From contig CBDFMQ010000002.1 in assembly GCA_965249725.1 (NCBI GenBank), positions 128,001 through 192,000 on the forward strand: a stretch of DNA of 64,000 nt. The letters are read 5' to 3'. The notes beneath the pieces are model-generated. The model had not been told where the DNA came from and did no database searches. It saw nothing but the letters and a program-made list of their open reading frames with translations. A program made the position numbers and the translations under genes. The DNA is from Longimicrobiales bacterium (GTDB lineage: Bacteria > Gemmatimonadota > Gemmatimonadetes > Longimicrobiales > Gaopeijiaceae). Shown one piece after another: positions 47,453 to 56,125 of the stretch (its first letter is position 1; each line of letters opens with the position of its first letter).

Positions 47453-50107
47453 TCACGGCAGCGCAAATACCAGGACGTCCGATCCCCCGGCGATCGCCAC
47501 GTACTGTTTGCCGTCTGCCATATAGGTCATGGGTGAGGCCTTCCAGAACTGGTTGGCCTCGAACCGCCAAAGCGGGTGACCGTCCGCTGCGTCGGCGGCG
47601 GAGAAGGCGCCGCTGTCGTCCCCGTAGAACACGAGTCCTCCCGCGGTACTGAGCGCTCCGCCCCAGGTGTCGGCGTGGCCAGCCTGAGGGATCTCCCAAG
47701 CGATCTCGCCCGTGTCGAGGTCGATCGCCCGCAGGTATTTCTTGCCCGGCTCGCCCGGGACCAGGCGGGTCGAGCCACCGTAGAACGACTCGCCCTCACG
47801 CCACCACTCGTCCGACTTCGTGTAGATGTTGCACTTCTCGAGCGCCATCACATAGAAGAGCCCCGTCCCGGGGCTGAAAGCGGTCGACATCCAGTTGGTG
47901 GCCCCTTCAATGGCGGGGCAGGCCTTGACGCCTTCGTAGCTCGGCACTGCGCCCGGTACGAGCACAGGCCTGCCGTCGGGGCCGATTTCGGTCGCCCAGG
48001 TCAGGCTGTCGACGAACGGCTCGGCCATCAGCAGCTCGCCACTCAGTCGGTCAAGCACGTAGAAGAACCCGTTGCGGCTGGCCTGCGCTAGGAGCTTCCG
48101 CTCGGACCCACGGAAGGGAGCATCGATGAGCATGGCCGTCTGCTGCGCGTCCCAGTCGTGCACGTCGTGTGGCGTGTACTGGAAATACCACTCCAAGGCC
48201 CCGTCGTCTGGATCCAGAGCGAGCACCGCGTTCGAGTACAGGTTGTCGCCCAGGCGCTCGTCCCCGTTGAAGTCGGGGCAGGGGTTGCCCGTGGTCCAGT
48301 AGAGGAGGTCGGCCTCGGGGTCGTAGGTGCCTGTGAGCCAGGCCGTGGCGCACCCGTGCTCGAGGGCTCGGCCGACCCACGTCTCCGAGGGCGGCTCTCC
48401 GGGCAGAGGGACTGTCCAGAAGCGCCACAACTCCTCCCCCGTATCAGCGCTATACCCTGCGACGAACCCCCGAGCGCCCTCGTCGCCGCCCGACGTCCCC
48501 GAAATCACCATGTCCTTGACCACCAACGGTGCCGACGTGGCTCCGTAGTGCTCACGGTAGTCGGCCATCTCGGTCTCCCACACAAGACTGCCCGTCCGCC
48601 GGTGCAGGGCGATCAAGTGAGCGTGGTCCGTGGCCAGGAACACCCGATCGTCCAAGACCGCCACTCCCCGGTTGATCCCACCCCGCGCATCGCCGATGAG
48701 CCCCGGAGTACGGGGGCGGGAGTAGTGCCAGATCTGACGGCCGGTCACGGCGTCCAACGCATAGACCTGGTTTGCGGTCGTGACGTACATGGTGCCATCG
48801 ACCACGACCGGCGTGACCTGCAGGCGGCTGGCATTCCGGATCGGGAAGATCCACTCGACCGAGAGGTCCGAGACGTTGCCGGTATCGATCTGATCGAGTG
48901 GGCTGTGCCGATTGCCGCTCAGGTGGCCGTGGTAGGTGGGCCAATCGCCGAGGCGTGGGTCGGCGATCTCGGAGAAGGGGACCGGGCGGGGAGGCTCGAT
49001 TTCCGCGATCTGTGCGTGCAGCGCAGGGTTGTCGGCTGCCGCGGCCACGAGCGAGCGCACGTACTCGACGAGCGTGTCCAACTCGTTGCCCTCGAGGGTG
49101 GCGGCGGGCATGCCGCCTTCTGGGACACCAACCGTGATCAACGACCGGAGAGCCTCGGGTGAACTCGCTCCGACTCCGTCGGTCCGCACGATGCTCGGCC
49201 CCAACTCACCGCCGGCCCCGTCACCTCCGTGACAAGCAGCGCAACGTCCCTCGAAGAGCTGCCGGCCTTGGGTGGCCGTGCGCTCCGGCGGTTCACCCGC
49301 CTGGCCAGCCTCGAAGACCAGATAGCCGAAGCGGCTCGGCTCGTGGACCGTCGAGCGCGTCGGGGACCACGCCAACTCTTCGACTTCGTAACCCGCGCCT
49401 CGGCTGTACCGATAGAAACCGCCCCGCCAGGTGTCGCCAGGCTCAGGTGTCGATGCCTCCAGGTCGGAGAACGGCACCCTTGCTTCCACGACCCAGTGCG
49501 TGTCCCTGTCGCTGGCGTCCTGGACTGTGCCCAGCACAGCAACGGCACTGGTCATGTCGGTCGCGGTGTAGTCCCAGTCACCCTCGATGCCTTCGGACAT
49601 CCCTGCTGCGTCCAGGGTGTTGACGATGACGGCGTCGAAAACGGCCCCTAGCGGGTTCCACTGTAGCTCGATGTACCGAGTGAGATCGCCCGAAGTGATG
49701 AAGAGCTCGGCGACCTCCTCCTCCCAGAAGCGGCTGTCACGCTCGGTGAACGTTCCTTGGATCTCGGAGTCGCTCACGATCCAGGCCATGTAGAGGGCGG
49801 AGTCGTCGTAGAAGAGGCGGACGTCCGTCGACTCCCTCCCTATACCCGCACCGTCGTTACGGACCAACGACAATCCCGCGGCGGTCCGCCACACGGTTTC
49901 GTCCAACCGGCCGTCGACAGCGACTGCCTCGGTGGAGCGCGGGATCGAGATCCGATTCGGGGAGATGCCCGAGGATTGCTGGGCGCCGGCGAGGACCGGT
50001 GTCGCCAGAAGGATGACCGGTGCGGCCAGAAGAGTGGGCGTGCACCATCCGCCAGACCGGAGCGCGCCATGTCCGCGAAGACGCCTAGGGTCGGATCGAT
50101 GGAGCAT
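47453..50107 (-). CDS. PQQ-dependent dehydrogenase with N-terminal CBM9-like and cytochrome c domains
   Basis: VDGRLDETVW..LFYDDSALY (CBM9-like); CAACH; WPTYHG..RHSPLDQI, INRGV, YQ-type YTPHDVHDWD, ASPMTY..GKQYVAI. Start uncertain. Confidence 0.88.
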   Translation of the reverse strand: MLHRSDPRRLRGHGALRSGGWCTPTLLAAPVILLATPVLAGAQQSSGISPNRISIPRSTEAVAVDGRLDETVWRTAAGLSLVRNDGAGIGRESTDVRLFYDDSALYMAWIVSDSEIQGTFTERDSRFWEEEVAELFITSGDLTRYIELQWNPLGAVFDAVIVNTLDAAGMSEGIEGDWDYTATDMTSAVAVLGTVQDASDRDTHWVVEARVPFSDLEASTPEPGDTWRGGFYRYSRGAGYEVEELAWSPTRSTVHEPSRFGYLVFEAGQAGEPPERTATQGRQLFEGRCAACHGGDGAGGELGPSIVRTDGVGASSPEALRSLITVGVPEGGMPAATLEGNELDTLVEYVRSLVAAAADNPALHAQIAEIEPPRPVPFSEIADPRLGDWPTYHGHLSGNRHSPLDQIDTGNVSDLSVEWIFPIRNASRLQVTPVVVDGTMYVTTANQVYALDAVTGRQIWHYSRPRTPGLIGDARGGINRGVAVLDDRVFLATDHAHLIALHRRTGSLVWETEMADYREHYGATSAPLVVKDMVISGTSGGDEGARGFVAGYSADTGEELWRFWTVPLPGEPPSETWVGRALEHGCATAWLTGTYDPEADLLYWTTGNPCPDFNGDERLGDNLYSNAVLALDPDDGALEWYFQYTPHDVHDWDAQQTAMLIDAPFRGSERKLLAQASRNGFFYVLDRLSGELLMAEPFVDSLTWATEIGPDGRPVLVPGAVPSYEGVKACPAIEGATNWMSTAFSPGTGLFYVMALEKCNIYTKSDEWWREGESFYGGSTRLVPGEPGKKYLRAIDLDTGEIAWEIPQAGHADTWGGALSTAGGLVFYGDDSGAFSAADAADGHPLWRFEANQFWKASPMTYMADGKQYVAIAGGSDVLVFALP

Positions 50108-50362
50108 GCGGTCGTGTCTCGGGCCCGGGAAAGTGTGCGCTTACCGTGTCGCTCACCGGAAGACGGGTGTTCATGATACGGGCCTAGGAGCGTGAGTTCA
50201 AAGCGGGCGCCGGCCCCGCGGGCGTCCCCCGGGGCATCCGGTCAGGAGAACTCCCACATGTTCGAGGGTAACATCCGGATGGTGCCAGGTGGGGGCCGGT
50301 GGCATGTTTTCGAAGGTTGGCGTTCACCCTACTCGATGTCCTCATTGCGGGAGAAAGAGATC

Positions 50363-50941
50363 ATGGGCGTGAGATCCGCCGTCCACGGACTCGTCATCAT
50401 CAGTGCCGCTACGTTCGTCGCGGGGTGCTCCGGCTCGCCCTCAGGCGATGGTCCGACCGCACCCACCGCACCCACGGGACCCACCGTGCTGCTCTCGGTC
50501 GTGCCGGCGGTCGGCACCGTGGACGTCGGCCTCACCGCGGATATCGAGGTCCGCTTCAGCCAGTCGATTCCGACGACGATGCGGAACTATATCGCCCTGC
50601 ACGACGGGGATTGTCCGGGACCGGTGGTGGGAGGGATGTGGTCTCGCACGAGCGATCAGGTGGGGCTCCACTTCATGTCGTTCGAGCCGTTGATGCCCGA
50701 GACCGAGTACACGATCCACGTCGGTGGTGGCATGACCGACGGGTCCGGCATGACCTTCGACCTCGGGACGCACGGCTTCGGCATGGGAGGCGAGTGGGCG
50801 ACCGAGGAGATGGTGCTCGGGCCGGATGGCATGGGGATGGGAATGGACATGATGGGCCAGACCATCAGCCATACCGGCCTTGGCTGGGCCTACTCCGATG
50901 GCACGTACGGGATGGTGTTCCAGTTCACCACGGGCGGTTGA
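50363..50941 (+). CDS. Lipoprotein with an Ig-like domain and Met/Gly/His-rich insert
   Basis: Lipobox VAGC; IEVRFSQ, PLMPETEYTIHV; GMGMGMDMMG; C-terminal FTT. Confidence 0.7.
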   Translation: MGVRSAVHGLVIISAATFVAGCSGSPSGDGPTAPTAPTGPTVLLSVVPAVGTVDVGLTADIEVRFSQSIPTTMRNYIALHDGDCPGPVVGGMWSRTSDQVGLHFMSFEPLMPETEYTIHVGGGMTDGSGMTFDLGTHGFGMGGEWATEEMVLGPDGMGMGMDMMGQTISHTGLGWAYSDGTYGMVFQFTTGG

Positions 50942-51021
50942 GCCGAGCCGCATAAGGGCGTTGCGGGGAGGGACCCCCGGGCCCATTGCGCCGACCGCGG
51001 TGCACCGACACCCTATCCGCC

Positions 51022-52287
51022 ATGACTCCCGTTGAGCTCAGTACCTTCGCGAAATCCCTGACCGCCGAGACGGCGTTCACCGTGCTCGCAATTGCCAAGA
51101 AGCTCCAGGCATCCGGTAAGGACGTTGTGGAGTTGGAGATCGGCGACAGCCCGTTCAACACATCCTCGGCTGCCAAGGCCGCCGGGATCGAGGCGATCGA
51201 GGGCAACCATTCTCGGTACTGCGCTTCACCGGGTTTGCCGGAGCTCCGTGCGGCCGCGGCCCGATATGCCCGAAACGAATTCGGTATCCCTGCCGAGAGC
51301 GAGAACGTGGTCGTAGGATCCGGCGCCAAGGTCTTCGAGCAGTTCTTCTGCGAAGCCTTCCTGAATCCCGGCGACGGTGTGCTCGTTTTCAGTCCCTACT
51401 TCCCGACGTATGTGCCCAACATCCTGCGCCGGGGAGGGCGACCGGTTTTCGCACCGCTCAGACAGGCGAACGAGTTCAGGCCTGATCTGGCTGATATCGA
51501 ACGCTTCCTTGCGGATGATCCCTCACCGAAGGGCATCTTCCTGAACTCGCCTCACAATCCCACGGGGGGAGTGGCCACCGAAGATGACCTGAAGGCCATT
51601 GCCGACCTCATTCGCGGCCGACAGGTCGCGGTTTTCTGCGACGAGCCGTACTGCCACATGGTGTGGAAGGGTCATCATCACTCGTTGATGGCCCAGCCCA
51701 ACATGCTGGATCACGGCGTCGCGGCGTACACCTTCAGCAAGTCGTACAGCATGGGTGGATGGCGGCTAGGGTTCGCGGTGTCTTCTCCGAGCACGGCCGA
51801 GCGGATGGGTACGATGATCAACACCACGCTCTCGTGCACGCCGCCGTTCGTCCAGTTGGCCGGCACGGCCGCTCTCGAGCACGACGGCTCCGAGCGGGAT
51901 GCGACGATGGACAAGTTCCGCGGTAAGGTGAGCCTACTGACCGAGGGACTCAATCGAATCGACGGGTTCCACGCCCTCGAGCCCCGCGCCACGTTCTACG
52001 TGTTTCCGAACGTGGCTGACGTCTGCGACCGGCTGGGGATCACCAGTCACGGGTTGGCGCTCTACCTGCTCGAGGGCGCGGACGACGACTTCGGCGTGGC
52101 CTGTCTCGGCGGCGAGTGCTTCGGCGATGCCGGGGCGGGCTTCCTGAGACTCAGCTGCGCGGCCTCCGACGAGCGGCTCGAGCAAGCGTTGGACTTCATC
52201 CCGACGGCCATCGGCCGGGATGAGCGAGTCCGCGCGTTCCTCGAGGCCCGCCCCGAGCTGCGGCTGGAGGCCCCCTACCTGCGGTAG
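51022..52287 (+). CDS. PLP-dependent class I/II aminotransferase
   Basis: GLPELR, NSPHNPTG, DEPY, FSKSYSMGGWRLG, FLRLS. Confidence 0.93.
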   Translation: MTPVELSTFAKSLTAETAFTVLAIAKKLQASGKDVVELEIGDSPFNTSSAAKAAGIEAIEGNHSRYCASPGLPELRAAAARYARNEFGIPAESENVVVGSGAKVFEQFFCEAFLNPGDGVLVFSPYFPTYVPNILRRGGRPVFAPLRQANEFRPDLADIERFLADDPSPKGIFLNSPHNPTGGVATEDDLKAIADLIRGRQVAVFCDEPYCHMVWKGHHHSLMAQPNMLDHGVAAYTFSKSYSMGGWRLGFAVSSPSTAERMGTMINTTLSCTPPFVQLAGTAALEHDGSERDATMDKFRGKVSLLTEGLNRIDGFHALEPRATFYVFPNVADVCDRLGITSHGLALYLLEGADDDFGVACLGGECFGDAGAGFLRLSCAASDERLEQALDFIPTAIGRDERVRAFLEARPELRLEAPYLR

Positions 52288-53450
52288 TCCCGCACGGGTG
52301 TCAGCCGGGCGCCGGTGCCTCCCGGCGGCTCCTCTTCGGCGACCACGGGCATCCGTAGCGTACCGATTCCGTCGATCGTCGCCACGATCTCCTCGCCGGG
52401 CTGCAGGAACCGCTGCTCGCCGCGAACCGCCGTCCCCATTCCGACTCCTCCGGACGTGCCGTTGTTGATCACGTCACCCGGAAAGAGCGTCACGATGGAC
52501 GAGGCGTACTCGATCACCTCATAGAGCGTGTGGATCATGTCGCCCGCGGTCGCCTCCTGCATCTGCTCGCCGCCGACGCTCAAGGTCTGCCTGAGGTTGG
52601 TCATGGGATCCCCGTAGAACTCTTTCGGCACGATCCACGGGCCCATCGGCGCGAAGGTGTCGTGTCCCTTGCCCACGAACCAATCCGATCGGAGCGGATT
52701 GCCGCCCGGGGGACGGCCTCCCCGATCCAAGATGTCGATCGAGACCATGTATCCGAAAATGTAGTCCTGCGCCTCGGGGGCGCTCACGTACTTCGCCGCG
52801 CGGCCGATCACCGTAGCCAGCTCGACTTCCCAATCGGTGCGGTCGCGACCCCAGGGGATCACCACTGCATCGCCGTTACCGATGACCGCACCTCGGGTCG
52901 GCTTCATGAAGAGGTAGGGCACCCCACGATTCTCACGTCGGGCCCTCCGCGCCTTCGCCCGCTCCTCCGGCGTGCCGGTCTCATCGACGTGGCTGTAGAA
53001 GTTGACTGCCGCGTTGAGGATCTTGCCCGGATACATGATGGGCGGAAGCGTCCGCACGTCCTCGACGTCGTGGATGAAGTCGGGGCGGGCCCCCATGGAG
53101 AGGCGCCCCTCGGCGACCAGATCGTTCACGATCTCGTAGAGTCGCGGCTGCAGCCCGTACTCGTATCGGCTGATCAACTCCAGCATGTCGGCCGGCATCG
53201 GGATCTTGGGGTACGCCGGGTCCATCTCCAACGCGGCATTGGCTGCGTCGAGGTCTACGATCAACTGGTCTCGCAACACGATCCCCACCTGTGCCGCACC
53301 TTGTATCTCGAACGTGCCGACTTTGAACGGCTCGGCGCTCGTGCGAGCCGGCCCTCCCTGGGTGGAGAGAGGCGCCGCGGTACCGAGGGCGAATAGCAGG
53401 ACGCCAAGGAGGCAGAACCCCGCCGGCTTCAGTGGGATGACATTGCGCAT
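52275..53450 (-). CDS. Fumarylacetoacetate hydrolase family protein with signal peptide
   Basis: AVNFYSH, DWEVEL, GKGHDTFAPMGP, PGDVI..GT..GVG; RBS GAGGAG. Confidence 0.9.
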   Translation of the reverse strand: MRNVIPLKPAGFCLLGVLLFALGTAAPLSTQGGPARTSAEPFKVGTFEIQGAAQVGIVLRDQLIVDLDAANAALEMDPAYPKIPMPADMLELISRYEYGLQPRLYEIVNDLVAEGRLSMGARPDFIHDVEDVRTLPPIMYPGKILNAAVNFYSHVDETGTPEERAKARRARRENRGVPYLFMKPTRGAVIGNGDAVVIPWGRDRTDWEVELATVIGRAAKYVSAPEAQDYIFGYMVSIDILDRGGRPPGGNPLRSDWFVGKGHDTFAPMGPWIVPKEFYGDPMTNLRQTLSVGGEQMQEATAGDMIHTLYEVIEYASSIVTLFPGDVINNGTSGGVGMGTAVRGEQRFLQPGEEIVATIDGIGTLRMPVVAEEEPPGGTGARLTPVRDYRR

Positions 53451-53527
53451 TGGACTCCTCCTCATGGACGGTCTGCTCGGTTTCTCAGTCAATCGGCTGG
53501 CTCCCCCAGGCAATCCGGCCGGCTCCC

Positions 53528-55033
53528 TCAGGCGTTCGGGTCGATGTTCGCGTTGAGCCGGAACAGGTTGCCGGGGTCATACCGGTTCTTGATTCCGACC
53601 AACCGATCATAGTTGCGCCCATAGTTGGCGTGGTAGGTCGCGTCGGTTGCATCGGGGTCCCCGTCGTTGCCATAGAATCCCTTGGTGAACGGCTCGATCT
53701 CAGACCAGTATTGCCTCATCCAGGCCATGTGCGGGCTTCCGTCCTGGCCGTAGGCCCAGTCGGTGATGCCCAGCAAGTTGCCGAGGACATCTCGGTGCGA
53801 GAACGCGGTCGCGTCGTCCGCGACGCGCCCGATCGCCCCTCCACTCTGCTGATACGTGAGCACCGTCGTACGATCGGGGTGCCCTTCCATGTTTTCCACG
53901 ATTGCCGTGACTAGGTCGGCCGGGAAGTCAGTGAGGAAACCGCTCTTCAGATAACCGGCTCGGGCTCTGGGATCGTCGACGTCGCCGGAACTCTGAACGG
54001 CCACATAGTCCATGGCTTGAATAGTGTCCACCATGGGAGTGCCCAAAGCCCGGATCGGCGCGAGAACCCTCTCCGCGTCGTTCTCTCGTCCCGAATAGCG
54101 GACGCTGAAGCCGGCCATCCCCGGGCCGCCACCGGGCGGGTGAACGACCACGAAGCTCAGGTCGAGCTCGTCCGGGGCCTCCTGGCTGTAGTCCCCGAAC
54201 AGGGTGACTACGTCGTGCGCCCGGGTGATCGGGAAGAAGACGCTGCCGAAGACCACCGTGCGCTGCATGGGATGGAGCTGGAACTCGAACGACGTGACGA
54301 CCCCGAAGTTTCCACCACCACCTCGCACGCCCCAGAACAGATCCTGATTCTCTTCGGCGCTCGCATGATGGAGCTGACCATCTGCCGCCACCACGTCCAC
54401 AGACCGAAGGTTGTCGATGGACAGGCCGAAGCGGCGTCCCAGCCGCCCGAATCCGCCACCGGTCACCAGACCCCCGGCACCGGTGTGCGACACGGTTCCC
54501 ATGGTGGTGACCAGCCCGTGTGACATGGCCTCGTGATCGATCTGTCCCAGCAGGCTTCCGCCCGTGACACGGGCCGTTCGGGCCTTGGGATCCACCCGGG
54601 TGTTCCTAAAGAGAGAGAGGTCGATCATCATGCCCTTGTCGCATGTCGACTTACCCGACGCGCTGTGTCCTCCGCATTTCACCGCGACAAGCAGTTCGTT
54701 CTCTCGCGCGAAGTCGACCGCGCTCCTGATATCAGCCGTGCCCGTGACCTGCGCGATAAGCGCGGGGTGTCGATCGAAGGAGGGATTCAGAATGTGGCGA
54801 GCGTCGTCGTAGCCCTCGTCCCCACCCAGCAGCAGTGGTCCCTTCAGGCGGGCGGCCAGGTCGGCGACGTCCGCCCCCTTAAGAGTGATCTCCCGACCCA
54901 TACCCGTGATGGCATCCACATCGGGAGGCACCTGCTGATACGGGTTGTAGCGGGCCCCTAGCAGCCGTTCGGCGGGGAGGGTGGTCGCTATCGCTGCGGC
55001 GATGGAACTGCGGACGAAGGTGCGTCTCTTCAT
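53528..55033 (-). CDS. FAD-binding oxidoreductase (berberine bridge/VAO family) with Tat signal
   Basis: MKRRTFV; GGHS covalent-FAD motif, GGGFG, DLFWGVRGGGGNFGVVT, YDPGNLFRLN. Confidence 0.92.
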   Translation of the reverse strand: MKRRTFVRSSIAAAIATTLPAERLLGARYNPYQQVPPDVDAITGMGREITLKGADVADLAARLKGPLLLGGDEGYDDARHILNPSFDRHPALIAQVTGTADIRSAVDFARENELLVAVKCGGHSASGKSTCDKGMMIDLSLFRNTRVDPKARTARVTGGSLLGQIDHEAMSHGLVTTMGTVSHTGAGGLVTGGGFGRLGRRFGLSIDNLRSVDVVAADGQLHHASAEENQDLFWGVRGGGGNFGVVTSFEFQLHPMQRTVVFGSVFFPITRAHDVVTLFGDYSQEAPDELDLSFVVVHPPGGGPGMAGFSVRYSGRENDAERVLAPIRALGTPMVDTIQAMDYVAVQSSGDVDDPRARAGYLKSGFLTDFPADLVTAIVENMEGHPDRTTVLTYQQSGGAIGRVADDATAFSHRDVLGNLLGITDWAYGQDGSPHMAWMRQYWSEIEPFTKGFYGNDGDPDATDATYHANYGRNYDRLVGIKNRYDPGNLFRLNANIDPNA

Positions 55034-55198
55034 GATCAAACCCCTGGTTCGGCGGACTTGAAGTGGACGGGGCTCATGCGGCGGGCGTCCACACGACACC
55101 GTCGCGAATCTCGAGGGTAGCGGCGGGATCGTGGGCCTACATTGGGGCGAAGCGCGACGGGTCGCAACAACGCCCGTGGGCTCGTTTCCGCGTACGGC

Positions 55199-56125
55199 CT
55201 ACGGTCTGGTGAGCCTCTCGCTCAACTCCCTCAGCCTCGTCCGGGCGCCGAGGTCGTACGCCTGATCATGCGCCCGTGTCGCCTGAAGTCCTTGGAAGTA
55301 CTGACCGCTCTTGAGCGTGGGTGAGGTTACGAGTTGCAGGACCGCCTCCGCCCCTTCTCCCACGGTGCTCCTCGGCCTGAGCCCCCGCTCCAGCACCATG
55401 TCCGTGTCCATGTAGGTGGCCGGATGCAGGCTGCTCACAATGACATCGGTGCCCGCGAGCTCCTCGGCGAGATCGAGGGTGAACATGACCTGGGCGAGCT
55501 TGCTTTGAGCGTAAGCGCGTCCGTCGTCGTAACCCCGCTCCAGCATGACGTCGTCGAAGTCGATGGCTCTCTGGGCCGCCGACGCGACGTTCACGATACG
55601 CGACGGGGCGCTGTCGACGATCAACGGAAGAAGCAGGCGAGTGAGAAGGAACCCAGAAAGGTAGTTCACCTGGAAGTGCAGCTCGTGTCCGTCGCCGCTG
55701 ACCGGCCGGTTCGCGCCCTCGAGCCAGATGCCGGCGTTGTTGATGAGGACGTCGAGGCGGTCGTAGTCCCGCTGGATGGTCTCAGCGAGTTCTCGGACCT
55801 CGGCATATGAGCCGAGATCGGCTGCGTAGAAGCGGGCGCTGCCCACGCCGCCGCGTTCGATCTCATCCACCAGGGCTTCCCCGCGCTCCCGATTGCGGCC
55901 GTGTACGATTACGTGGGCACCGGTCGCCGCCAAACGGCTGGCCAGTTCTCGGCCCAACCCGCCGGTGGAGCCTGTGACGAGAATCACTTGCTGCTCCTGT
56001 TGTTCTGCCAGGTCAGTAGCCGTCGCCGCCACGGCGGCCAGCAGAGTCAGGCCTCCGACCAGGGCCGCCTGGATCCGCACGCGCGAGGTCCCGCCCACCC
56101 GCATAGCGGCGCGCCGCACGGTCAC
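55199..56125 (-). CDS. SDR family oxidoreductase with a hydrophobic N-terminal extension
   Basis: TGSTGGLG, NNAG, NVAS, YAQSK. Start at 56125 or 56104. Confidence 0.9.
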   Translation of the reverse strand: MTVRRAAMRVGGTSRVRIQAALVGGLTLLAAVAATATDLAEQQEQQVILVTGSTGGLGRELASRLAATGAHVIVHGRNRERGEALVDEIERGGVGSARFYAADLGSYAEVRELAETIQRDYDRLDVLINNAGIWLEGANRPVSGDGHELHFQVNYLSGFLLTRLLLPLIVDSAPSRIVNVASAAQRAIDFDDVMLERGYDDGRAYAQSKLAQVMFTLDLAEELAGTDVIVSSLHPATYMDTDMVLERGLRPRSTVGEGAEAVLQLVTSPTLKSGQYFQGLQATRAHDQAYDLGARTRLRELSERLTRP

